A stretch of DNA of 64,000 nt from Cenococcum geophilum. Taxonomy: Eukaryota. Numbering within the stretch: position 1 is the stretch's first letter; each line of letters starts with the position of its first letter. This document shows, piece by piece, positions 13,777-26,766 of this stretch. The stretch spans positions 20,398,001-20,462,000 of the forward strand of contig CP158635.1 in the NCBI GenBank assembly GCA_050273025.1, written 5' to 3'. The translations under genes were made by a program, and so were the position numbers. The notes under the pieces are model-generated. The model worked only from the letters and a program-made list of their open reading frames with translations. It was not told the origin of the DNA and made no database searches.

Positions 13777-16700
13777 TAATTACTACCTAGTTATGGTATT
13801 AAATATAAAAAGTTAAATAACATGCCACCAAAAGCACTAGCTATAACGCTATTAACGGCAGCAACTACTTTAAGATTAGGTAATAACACTAGTATAGCAA
13901 ACACTAACTTATAGCAACCTATAACGGTTAAATAACTATAAAAGATAGTTAACTAGCTAACAGAAAATAATGCGATATTAAAAAATAGGATTAACGGGAT
14001 AGGAGCAGTGAAGATTAAGTTACTATTAATTAAAAGGTACTTAGGAGAAAGATTAAAACTTAAAGGATTCCTTATATAAATACACTTTAAGGTTACGCAA
14101 GAAGGAGCTATGCTGCTAACACCTATAGATTAAATAGCATATACGGGACTATTCCTATTAGAAAGGGCACTTAAGTAGTTTAAGCCTTATTTTATAGAGA
14201 TATAAGTAAATAGTATAACAACCACTAATTAAGAAGTACAGTTTATATTTATAAGCTAGAAAGGGTTTATAGAGCAACTTATATAGATATTTAGAGACCT
14301 AAAGGCGGTAACTATAGCAGAAAGAAAACTTTAAGACATTATATAATAAACCTTAGCAATTAAGTATATAACGCAGTTCCAGACATTAGTAATATAAGTT
14401 AAGTGGAATAATAAGGCGCTTATAGCATAGTATAAGCAGGGACTTAAGGCTAAAGTCTAGGACGTAATTATCTTAATAGAAGATGCGGACACCCTAAGGG
14501 AACTAATAGATTAAGTAATTAAGATTAATAATTAGATCTACTAAAGGGAATAGGCTAAAAGAGGTTAAGATAAAGTTCTATAGTTATATAAGGCGTAGAG
14601 TACGCAATAACTAAAGCTAAGTTAAAAACTATAGTATGGCGCAGAGCTAATAGACCTAAGTAGTACTAAAGAATCTAAGAAATAGAATAAGAAATTATAG
14701 AAACCTAGAGGATAAGGATTAAGTAATTAAAGGTCTAAGAAGCAGAGGCTAAATTAGGGATTTTAGTAGCAAAAGACGTTTAGGCGGACTCTATAATAAG
14801 AAAAATGGTTTAAAAAAAAAGCTTATATAAATTATAGAAAATAAGGTTATTATATTAAAGACTATAGAAGTGGTTAGAGTTACTATATAGTAAAAGGAAT
14901 AAGACTAGTAGACGATATATATATATAGAGGGACAATAATATGCTGCGAGGAATAAAGGAATGTTTAATTAAAAGTTTTACGTTTTATTATAACAATATA
15001 TACCAAATTTATAAGGACGCTAAGTATGGCGTAAGCTATTAGCTATAAGAGCTATATTTAGCGGAATATAAAAGAACTAATAAACTAGTTCGCAGATTGG
15101 ACATTAAGGACGATAACTTCGACGTAGGCGAAACATTTTATAACAATAAGGCAATAAGGGCCGCTTACTAGGAGCGAGTAGACCTTAGAGATATTATACT
15201 AGAGGTAGAGAATAATTCCACTATAGAATAGGGAACATTAGTAGGGATTAAGACCCCACTAAATACGATATCTATTGCTTTGCGAGACGTAAGAGAAGTA
15301 AAATAGCGAGCTACTTCGGCACTTAATAAAGGCAAAAGGCTAAAGACTTAAGATTCTTAAGAAGAGATAAGAGGTGACTAAGATTCTTAAGACAAGATAA
15401 GGCAAGCTTAAGAACCTATAATAGACGATAACCGACAGAGTAGAGTAGTAGCTTAGTTTAAAAATATACAAATAAGCTTAGGATAGAGTTTCCTACAGGC
15501 ATATAACTCTTAAGAAGAGATAAGTAAGATTTACGACTTTTAAGACGAGATAAGAATACCTAAGCCTAGTTAGACTAAGGTAGGAGCTAAACTTAAGTTA
15601 GAAGCGAGCTTGGGATTAAAGAATTTAAGGGACTAAGAATTTGGAGAACGGATAAGGGTACCTATAAGTAAGAGGTAAGGAGCTTCTTTATAGATTAAAG
15701 AATCTATAGTATAAACAGTAGTTAGACTAGGAGATAGATATATAAACCTAGAAGACTTACTAGGAGAACACAGTGTTTAGCCTAAAGATTAAAGAATTAA
15801 TACCAAGATTAAGAAGTAAGGAGACTTTAAGGATCTATCTATAAGACGTAAACTAAAAGAAACTATAGAAGAGTTTAGGTAAAGAATTATCGTATAATAA
15901 GAACAGAAACTAGATAAAAGATTTAGCATATTAGGACGTATAAGGGATAGGGTATTAGTATAAAGAATTACTAATAGGCCTAGGGCAGGTATACTAAGAG
16001 CTAAGTAGCTTACTAAACTAGAATAAGAAGAGGATCTAAGAATTCCTATTAGGTTTAAGGAATAATATACTAAAGGCTGTTACAATATAGTAATAAGAAG
16101 ATACTTTCTTACGGACAAGCTATATATACTTAAAGGGCTGTACTAAAAGTGGTATAGACAACAATATAATAATAAGTAAGAAGATTTCTATATATGGTTA
16201 GATAAAAAAGTTATCTAAGACTACCTAATTACAGAAAAGGCCATAAGTTATATTAAAGGAGCCTTAATTATAATATTAAAAGATCTAGAGGAGTAATTAG
16301 AGGACTAGAGAAGCGAGAGGTAAATTATAGTACCTGCGAATAAAGTCGTAACGCTTAAATTAATATAAGAAAGATTTAAACTTAGGGACAAAAATAAACT
16401 AAGAGTTAACCTAAAACACTAAGTATATTATATGTTGGCATAGATTATATATATAGATAATATATATAATATATATAGAGTACTAAAAGATAAGAACCGA
16501 AAGTACCTAATAAGGATATATTAGTTATTAGACAAGGCGAAATATAGAAACGTTAAGTATATATATAGTTAGCACCTAATAAAAGTGCAAAACTAAGGGG
16601 ATTTAATACTTTAACTAGAAAGATTCCTTACGGAAGAATGCTTAGATAAACAATAGTAGTAGAAATGCCTAAAAAATACGTGTCTATAGTATATAGAAGA

Positions 16701-19700
16701 CAAAAAGCGAACTAGATATTAGCTAAAGAGTAAGCTAAGTGCAATAGGATTAAGTAGCTAATAGTTAGGAAAAGTAGAGGCCTATAAAACCAAAGGGAGC
16801 TAGTAGTAGAGCCTTAAACCCTTAAAGGAATTTAAGGACAGCACCTAAATTTATAAGTTAGATAGCAAGATTAGCAGTTTAAAGCGCTAATAGATAGTAA
16901 AGTAACGCGAAACTATATCTTACTAGTAGTAGTTAAAAGAATGGGACTACCTTATAGATAAAAGAAGTAACTTTACCTATTAGTTATAATTTTAGGAGAT
17001 CTAATAGCCTATAGAGGAGGGATTATTAATCTAGAAATAGGACCTATTTAAATAACTATTAAAGGGAGATAAATTAAGATGTCTTTTAATATCCTACTAT
17101 TGGGACGGGATAAGGCAGTATTAGGAATACCTTAGTTACAGAAATACAATCTAAAGATTAATTAGATTATAGGTTAGGTTAATATTAGAGATACTTAATG
17201 CCGCAAAATATAATAATAAGCTAAGTTAGTATAGTACTAAGTAGGAGTAACCTATAAAGAAACGGAAAAGGGGCTAAGCTATATACTAAAGAGATACTAT
17301 AAATATGGTAAGAAACTATAGTTACCAAAAAGTAAAAAGCTATTAAAGTATATAGTATAGGACTATAAGATAGAATTAGAACTAGAAACAAGTCTAAGGT
17401 TCTTTTTAATCTATAAGCTTACTAAAGAAAAAGGTAGAGCACTAAAAGAGTTTATTAAGAAAAATCTACAAAAAGGATACATTAGACCATCGCAGTTATT
17501 AGCGGGTTATCCAGTATTATTCGTACTAAAGAAAAATAGCAAACTAAGGCTGTATATCGACTATAGATAATTAAACAGTATTACTTAAAAGGATAGATAT
17601 CCTTTACCCTTAATTAGCGAAATCTAAGATAGGATAGGTAATGCGCAAATCTTTATAAAGATAGATCTAAAATGGGCGTACTATTAGATTAGAATTAAGA
17701 AAGGCAATAAATAAAAGGCAGCTTTTAGGTTAAAGAAAGAACTATATAAACTATTAGTTATGCAATTTAGGCTTATAAATGCACTAGCAACATTTTAAAA
17801 GCGTATTAATAATATATTAAAAGAACACTTAGATGAATTTGTTATAGTATATCTTAACAATATTATTATCTACTTAATAACTAAGGCAGAGTACGGAGAA
17901 CACGTTAAATGGGTCTTAAAGAGACTATAAAAAGAATAGATGCTAGTAGCAATTAAAAAATGCGAGTTCTTTACCAAAAAAACGATTTTATTAAATTTAT
18001 TATTAAGCTAGGCTAACTTAGTATAAATTTAAAGAAGATTAAGGCTATAGTAAATTAGTAAGAACTAGAGAATGTTACGCAGTTAAGATTGTTTCTAGGG
18101 TTTTATAATTACTATAGATGGTTTATAGCGTAATAGTTAAAGGATATTAAGCTATTTACGCGACTAATAAAGAAAGAGGAACTATAGGTATAGGGAAAGG
18201 ATCAACGAGAATTATTTAAAAAAGTTAAAGAGTTATTCACCTAGGAGCCAGTTCTTAAAATCTATTAACTAGGATTAGAGACGGTTATAGACATAAATGT
18301 ATTAGACTATATACTAGGGGCGTGCTTTATATAAAAACACTAAGATAGATAGCACCCAGTAGCATACTATAGTTGGAAGATAACACTACTAGAGTTAAAC
18401 TATAACATTTATAACAAGGAGTTATTAGGTATAGTTATAGTATTAAAGAAATAGAGAGCATTTTTATAAGGCATAGAGAAACTATTTATAGTTAAGACAA
18501 ACTATAAGAACCTAATAGAATTCCTAATAATAAAGGAACTTAATTAAAGATAGGTTAGATAGGTAGAAATGCTTATAGAATACCATTTTAAGATTTAGTA
18601 CACTAAAGGTACAGATAACACACAAGCAGATACTTTAAGTTAAAAGGCTAAACTATAAAATAATAAAAAGCTATTAGGGGCTTTACTACAAAAAGATATA
18701 GACGGATTAATTAGGTATAATTATCCGAAAATCGCAGCAATTTAGGAAGATAAGGAACTAGGAAGAATCTATAAGTCACTAAAGAGCTTTTAGGCATAAA
18801 GAATTCTAAAAGTATAACTAGAAGATCTATAGACGGATATATACGAAAATTAAGAAATAAAGTATATCCTAAGAAGTATAGCAGAATAATTTATAGAAGA
18901 ATTCTATAAGGGATTAACTTAAGGATATAATAGGGCCACGGGCTTAGTATTAAGACTTTAAAAGGAGTATATTATTAATAGAATCTAGGGCTTAGCGCGA
19001 AAGGTTATAAGAGAATATTTAGATTATTAAAGGTATAAACTAATAAGGTATAAGCTATATAGAGGGCTATAACCTATTAAAATACTAGAAAGACTATGGG
19101 AGGTTATATTATAGGACTTTATTATTAAGTTATTAAAGTTAAGAGACCCTATTACCGGGCAAGATTATAATATAATTTTAGTAATAGTAGATAAGCTTAT
19201 AAAGTAGGGATACTTTATAGCATATATAGAAGGAATTTTAGCGGAAGATGTCGCTAGAATCTATATTAAAGAAGTATTTATAAGATATAAAGCACTAAGC
19301 AAAATTATATTAAACAGAAATCTAAGATTTATAGTAGCATTTTAGGAGGTATTCTTAGCGGAACAAGGAGTTAGAGCAGCAACTTTTACCGCATATTATC
19401 CGCAGATAAACGGTTAGATAGAAAAATTAAATTAAACACTAGAATAGTATTTAAGGCACTATATTAATTATATATAGAACAATTAGATATCGCTATTATT
19501 AGTTATATAGTTTATATATAATGTAACGCCATAAGAAGGAATAGGTATATTACTATTTAAGGCAAATTATGGATATAAGCTAAGAATATCGTTATTACTA
19601 CAGCAAGTAAAGAAAACGAGTAGTATAGCTAAGGAAAGAATAAAGATACTAATAAATTTTTATATAGACCTTATAGAATTAGTAAAGAAAGTATAAGAGA

Positions 19701-20229
19701 GAATAAAAAGGTACTATAACGCTAAGAGATCTAAGGGACTAGATCTTAAGGAGGGAGATAAAGTATAGCTACTATACAAAAATTTTAAGAGTTAACGATT
19801 AAGTAAGAAGTTAGACTATATTAGGCTAGGACCTTTTAAAATTATATAGAGGATTTTATTAGTTATATTTAAGTTAAACCTACTAGCTAAAATAAAGATC
19901 TACCCTATACAGCATATTATAATGCTAGAGCCAGTATATAGGAATATTAAGCCACCGGTTTATAAAGCAGATATATATAAAGGATAAGAAGAAGATAAAT
20001 AGTAAGTTTTAAAGATTATTAGTTATAAGGACATTAACAATAAAATATAGTATAAGGTTAAGTAAATAGACTATAATAAGACTACCTAAGAGCTACTAGA
20101 GAATTTAAAGAATGCTATAGAAAAGGTATAGGAGTATTAAAAGAGATTAGGTTAGGTAGTATTAATAAAAAAGGATCGCTAAAGAATAAGTTACCTAAGG
20201 GGGACCTAAGAAGAGCAGTTGCCGAGCTA

Positions 20230-20800
20230 CTTATATCTATTTCCTTCTCTATTAGAGGAGAATCCGTTCTTTTATTACTAAGTTCCTATAAACCCTATTC
20301 TATAAGTTTCCACTCCTTAAAATAGACCTTCTTATAACCCTTTTTAAGACGGATTAACTAAGCGGACGCTATAAAACAAGACTTAAGAGCCTATTACTAA
20401 GTATCGGCAGCCTCCCGTTCTACGTTACAAGAATAGCGCAACCCCGCTAGAGTAATAGATAGTTTATTATCTAGCCGCGTAGTAGCAGATTAAATATAAA
20501 ACCCTAAGATAAATTAATTAGGGAACTAGACGACTATTAAAAGTAATAGGTCGCGTATATTTAGTATTAGAAACGGAGCAAACGTTATAGAATAAGCAAA
20601 TATTTACTTTAGTACACTCTAAATAAAAGGACAGTTGCCATGAAGAAGGGCTTACTAACGCAATATAAACTAACCCCTCTTTTAAACAGCGAGAATATAA
20701 AGACAGTATAATCTCACCTAGAGATAATATCGTAGTAATAGTACAAATGCGACGAGCAGTTAAAGAAGAAGAAATTGCTTTAGGTATAATAAGCAATAAT
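20230..20800 (-). pseudogene. Antisense accessory gene of Gypsy: Zn2Cys6-like motif, putative intron, coiled-coil exon
   Basis: ORF 20518-20796 has Y/C residues spaced x2-x6-x13-x2-x8 (Tyr codons are RIP products of Cys codons). A homologous copy lies at ~48416-49020. Confidence 0.6.
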
Positions 20801-20895
20801 ATTAACTAAATTAATTAGACGGATATTATACCTCTAATAAATAACTTAGAGATATTAGAAATCTTTAAGAATAAAGATAAAGAGGAGGGAGATGG

Positions 20896-21319
20896 TATTA
20901 CGGACGCTTTAAGTACAATATTATAACTACTTAAAGAGGAGTTAGAGGAAGCTAGTTGGTTAATATAAATACGGTCTAAAATAGAGCCGATAGAGCTATG
21001 TAATAAGAAATGGTAACTAAGGTTATATAACCTAATCTATATAATCTATAGGATCTATATAATCCATAATAGAGTAAATAGAGCATATATATATTATATA
21101 TAAAAAGGATTTTATAGGAGTACGGTTGTGTATTTAAGGACCCTTAGTCCTTACCTAGATAGTTCCTTCCTTATAGTAATTCTCAGAATATAATTGGAGT
21201 TAATCTGTTGGGCAACTATTCCACTAGTTATTATTACATTATTGACTTTAATTTGTATTACCTATACACCTAAGCTAATAATAAGCCTATCGTAGTTCTT
21301 GCTACAAGGTTCCGTTACA
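20896..21319 (+). repeat. 3' LTR of Gypsy 13353-21319
   Basis: Direct repeat of 13353-13776, ending GTTACA. Confidence 0.95.
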
Positions 21320-24300
21320 GTAGGTGCTTTTAGTCCTATCTCTCCTTCTTCTCTTTACCCTATTACTATCTTCGCTAAGATATCCGCTTATTTGTTTCCG
21401 TTAATATCTACATATAACGGGACCTAGTATATTACTACCTATATATTTAGCATCTATGCAGCTTATAGTCTCTCGCGTACTTCGTGGACTAAGTACTAGC
21501 CTAAGTAGTTCCGTAGTTTAGCAACTGCTTATATTACTACTTAATTATCTATAAATATTATTAATCTTCTAATTATTAATAAGCGCTTAAGTGCTAGATT
21601 GAGAGCCAGCTATATCCCTTTTAGCTCTCCTGCGTATACTATACTAACTTAGTTCATTCCTATATAGTTAGCTGCCTTAGCTCCTAATTCCGGGATATAT
21701 ACTAAGGCTCCTACCTCTCCATTAATTTCGCTTCTGTTTATATATACTAGTACGTATTCTAAGTTATTCCTAGCGTTCTATACGATGTAGTTATACTCTA
21801 GCTTACCTACTTCTGTTCCTCTAGTAATGTAGATCTTTAGTAGTTTAGTTTATAGATAGATAATTTCTAGGCGGATTACTTCTATAGAAGGTGTCCCTTC
21901 TTTAAGGCGGAGTGCTACTGTGTTCTCTAATTTTTAAAGAGGGCTATACTATTTAAACTTTAATAGGGCGGATCTCTATAGTTATTAGATCTTATAGTAT
22001 AACAGTAAGCCCCTAATTTAATTTAGGGAAGACTTAACCGCCTAGTAAAGTAATATTTTAATCGGTAAAATATATATCTCTACTTCTAGTTCTGCTTTAG
22101 TCATGGTTCTAAAAGCTCCTATTATAAGGTAGAGTGCTCTATACTAAATTTATAATAACACTCTATAAACATTCTTTATTTTATTTATAAAACTATATCC
22201 TCCTTCTAGTATATATTAGTAGGAAGCTATATAGAGCATACGTGGCATAACTATGGCTGTATAGAGTTGACGTATATATTTGGTTATAATACCTTATATA
22301 GATCCTATAATACCTAAAAGATATACAAGTTAGCTTATAGATCTTTCCGCTATATAGTCTAAGTGCGCTTTCCCTATTAGCTTATCGTTTAATATAACGC
22401 TAAGGTATCTAGCTTTTGTTATTAGTTATATTATTTAAGTCCTTCTATCCTTTAGTGTGAGCACTAAAGAACGCTTACGTTCTTCTTTTGAAATCTTCTT
22501 CCTAGGTTGTATAAAGTAGATAAGTTTATATTTCTATAGTGCGAATACTAAGGCGTATTTATATGCCCACTTTTCTGCTCTTTTATGCAGCATTAATAAT
22601 ATCTTTATTGTCTCTTCCGTGTTTCTTCCATTAACTATTATACTCGTATTATTAATATACTCTATAACTAAGCCATGCCTTAGTCCGTCCTTATCTATAA
22701 TAACATTTAAGAGATCCGCGTTATAGAAAAGGTATAATATCGGCGATATTAGTAAGCCTTAAGGGATTCCTGTTAGTGTAGGGAATCTCTCTAATATTCC
22801 TTCCGGTAGTTTAATATATATAGATCTTCCTATAAGGAAGCTTTAGATCCATTTAACTATAGGTATAAGAATTCTTTATTTTTAGAGGCAGTAAATAAGC
22901 CTTTAGTATAATATATTATTAAATACTCTGCTTACATTAAGTATAAGTAAGCTTACTACGTCTTCCTCTCCTATCTGCTATGCTGCGTATATTTTCTCTA
23001 GGAGGAGATATATCGCGTATTCGCAACTAGCTACCGCTCTTCTGCCTATATAAGTACGCAGTAGGAGGCTATAGGCGTCCGCTATAAAGAGTATCTGCTT
23101 TATAAGCACTTTATCTATAACCTTACCTACCATATTTAGTAGGGCTATTAGTCTATATATCTTAGGGTCCTTAAAGCCTCCTTTCTTTGGTTTTCTTAGT
23201 GCTATAGTAATTAATCTTTAAAAATGTGTAGGGTAATACCCTACCGTAAGGCATTAGTTGAATAGTTGGGTTAATGGTTTTTTTAGTTTCTATATGGCCT
23301 TAAGGAGCATACGGCTTAGGAGTTGGTTTTTACCTAGTGCTTTATTGGGACTAGTTATCCTAATAGCTTTTTTTACCTCCTATGCTTTAATATCTAGGAC
23401 CTATAAAGGGTTTAGATATTAGTGGTTGTATAAGTCTTTTAGATCTGCAGGCAGTAGCGTTAGAAAGAAGGAGTCCTTAAGGGCTGCCGTCTTTCCTTCT
23501 ATAGTATGTTGTGGAGTATCTACTACGTCTCTAATATCCGGTATAAACATAGTTTTTATAATATTCCGTTTATAGGCCTAAGCGTATAGGGACCAGAGTC
23601 CCTTTATATCTTTAACCTTACTTACTCTATTTCTATGCTTTATTTTAGTTACTTTCCTAATAGCCTTATCCTTCTCTTATCTTGCTATTTGCAGTATAAT
23701 ATAGTTTTCTTTAGTTAGACAACTGTTAAAGTGCCTATATACGCGTCGTTCCGTCTTAATTACTTATATATATTTATCCGTCCATCCTAGTTTAGATCGC
23801 GGGCTAAGTTTAACTATTAGTATAGAGAGTTTCATGGCTTTAGTAAGGGTGTTTATAATTCTAGTAATTACTATATTAATTTGGTTCTGTAATAAAGCTA
23901 GGGGTACTTTTAAAAGATCTTAGAGTACGTTATAGAAGATTTCTTTATTTATCTTTTTGAAAAGTCACCTAGTTGGTTTCTCTTCTTATTTTAGTTAGAA
24001 TCTAAATACTATTTCTACTAGGAGGTGGTCGGAGCCCTTATTAAGCTCCTTATTAATTTCTATTTAAATTAGGTAGTCCGTTATATCTAAAGTAATAAAG
24101 CTAAGGTCGATTATTGAGGGGTTAATACCTACTCCCTTAGCTAGCCTTGTAATAAGCCCTGGCTTAAAGCCTAGCTTAAGCCTATTATTTTCTATTATTT
24201 TAATAAGATATTCCACTACTGTCCTATAGTTATACCTAGCTTTAGGTCCTCCCTATTTAGGGTAGTAAAGATTAAAGTCTTTTACGACTATAGTGCTGTG

Positions 24301-26573
24301 GTCTAGTCCGTTTATTTGTCTTAAGGCGTTATTTAGCTTTAGGAGTATATACCCTCTTAGGAGGCCATCTAACCGATTATATAGTGGGAGGGGGTTTGGG
24401 TTATAGATGTTAAATATAGTAATTATATACTGTTATTCTTCCCCTTAATTTATAATTAATACTACTATAAGGTTACTACCATAATCCATAATATAGAGGT
24501 ATCTAATTGGAATGCTTCTGTTAGTAAAGGGGTATATCTATATTCCCTAGTAGGGCGGGTAATATAGGTAGAACCTGTTATTAATTGGATTTATAATTAT
24601 AGGGAGGTCCCTTTCCGGTCTCTTACTGCGCCACACCTCCTAAATGGCAATTACGTTATACTGCTATATCCGCTTATCTTATAGGAGCTCCTATATCCTT
24701 ATATAGCTTTTTCCTATATTATATTATAGGACCTTAATAGTGTAGATACCTAGGTTTTCCGTTATTAGGAACGGCTGGATATATCTATCCGTAGTGGTTT
24801 AGTTGCCCTTCTTTAACTCCTTATAGAGTATTACGAGCTCCTGCTTAAGTTGGAGCCTCTATTATCTTTAATTCCTGCTTATAGGTCTATAACGATTTTA
24901 ATTCTTTCCTTCTTTTTCTCTTTCCTTACTGCGTGTTTGTTTTGACTTATATTAGGTATAAAGTCTTTCTTAGCTTTACCTTTTTCTTTCTTATTCTTTT
25001 TAGTTAATTTAGGTTTTAGAATAAGTCTTACTTCTTCTTCTATTGCCTATATTGGTGAGGTTTCCCTCTACGTTAGGTTTGGGTTTATACTATATCCCCT
25101 TTCCTTTTCTTAGTTTACTTTACTAATTAGGCCATTTACTGGGCTGTTTACGGGTCTCTTCTATCCTCGCGTTATGTCTATTGCATCTATAGCGTCTAAA
25201 TTATTTAACGTGTCTACTATACTGTCTGCTATCTACGATATTAGGGGTAGGAAGCTTAGCTAGCTACTACTTCTGCTTTCTATTTTAGATGGCCCTAGTA
25301 AGATATATACTAGGTTCTTAGGCTAGTATAGGTTTATATAGAGTCTAACTTTTACTTCCTTTACGCGTGCCGTCTCCTTCCTATAGATAGAGTAGGCTAG
25401 TAATTAGGCGGTGTACTTGCCTTAGCAGAGACAGCACTTAGCCTATTTAGCCTTGTAGTCTTTTATATTATAATTTTAAGCGGCGCATTGTCCGCATATC
25501 TCTATTTCGCGATATTAGGTTCCTATATATCTATACCAATAGCATTTAAAATATTGCCTTACCTAGTAGGCGCGATTATATTTTTTAGTTCTCTTATAGG
25601 TGCTATTCTAGTAGAGGACCTCTGTATAGGTCCTACTTTAGGCTACCGACCCTTCTTTTCGGCTATCTCTGGATATTAGATGATAGCTAAAGGGCTTACA
25701 AGAAGAATACAGCTTAAATTAAAACGCTAGAGGTTGTGGTTGTAGAGTTATTTTAAAAAATTATTTTTCGTAAAGATTCGTGTTTTTTTCGCGCTTTTAA
25801 ACTACGACCTTAATGCCTACGCCACAACAACAAGAGGCCCTCTATTGAGAGGGCAGAATTGTTCTAGCTGTTTATGTGTATACGCAAGATAAATCTACAA
25901 GTTTTTAAAAGCTTACTAGCTTATATAACGTGCCCCAGAGTACCGCCTAGGGACGCGCTAAAGGCATTAAATTAAAACGCGATTCTATTACGAATAATTA
26001 CCATCTTATACTAGTACAAGAAGAGAGCCTTAAGCAATAGATTCTGTTAATAGATTAATGCGGTATGCCACCGCGTATTATAACCGTATAGTAGATAGTA
26101 AGTCTACTAATAATATAGTATCCTAAATTATAACTAGTTGGTAAAAATTGGACCTAGGGCTTCCTTAAGCGCTATAACAACCTATAATCTAAATAGAATC
26201 GCAAGTACGACTACTAGCATACTCTCTATAAGGATCCTATGCTTATTCGCGGCTAGTTTAAATATATTTAGGACATAAAGATATAATATAGGATCTTAGA
26301 CAATAATATCTAGAATTTTAATAAAACTAGCTACTAGATAGGCGTTATTATAATAGCACGAGTTATTATAGGAATTAACTAGGCTAGGTGGCCTAGAATA
26401 GTACAGCTAGGTAATAGGGAGTGAGTAATAATTATTAAGGCCATTAGTGCTTAAGGGATCGCGATTTTACCGCTTATTATTTTTAAGGCCGTAATATACT
26501 AAGCAGCTTAGTATAAGGACAATATTATACCCTAAAACTAGTTAATTGGCGTAAGTAAAAATAGCTAGACAAT

Positions 26574-26766
26574 TGTTATAGGACGGGGGCAGTGGCTATA
26601 GAGCGTATATATTTAAGGAGTCTATAAGACGTTACGTAATTAATCGTAAGGGTTAAGGGCGTAAGGAGGTAATATACCTACGTGTAGCTAATATAAGCTG
26701 TACGTAAGGTATATATAAGAGTATAGGGCTCTTCTATAAAGGCCCCTATAGTGGGGTTCTATAATA
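26574..26766 (-). repeat. 3' LTR (193 bp) of Gypsy 26574-33082
   Basis: The first ~106 bp match 32977-33082. Confidence 0.85.

Larger units (their letters stand above)
13353..21319 (+). mobile_element. Ty3/Gypsy chromovirus with long ORF1 and antisense accessory gene, RIP-inactivated
   Basis: 424-bp LTRs and TSD GTAGG (13348-13352, 21320-21324). PPT at ~20880-20895. ORF1 from ATG 13822 to ~16850, protease LIDSxxTRNYI (~16887), RT (~17550, YLxxII ~17850), RNase H ~18290, integrase ~18900-19930, chromodomain ~19990-20140. Confidence 0.95.
12442..25789 (-). mobile_element. Tad1-like LINE with RNase H, RIP-inactivated, interrupted by Gypsy 13353-21319
   Basis: Poly(T) at 12442-12451 is the poly(A) tail. 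TSD CGCGCTTTT(G/A)AAC at 12429-12441 and 25790-25802. ORF1 remnant with three CCHC knuckles (~25560-25390), AP endonuclease (~24740-24000), RT (YRPIALLN-like ~23155, GIPQG..SPILY ~22770), RNase H (YTDGS-like ~21745) and C-terminal Zn knuckle ~13090. Confidence 0.92.
12370..26573 (+). mobile_element. Fot1/pogo (Tc1-mariner) DNA transposon, 5' half; hosts the LINE and is cut by Gypsy 26574-33082
   Basis: TA|ACGT...GCTGGCCACC x2 terminus at 12370. After the LINE TSD the transposase runs from ATG ~25813 (MPTPQQQEAL...), with an HTH/CENP-B region, WNFDETG-like (~26310), PGNREWVTIIE-like and GVSENGWT-like up to 26573. The 3' half was not found in the window. Confidence 0.85.
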
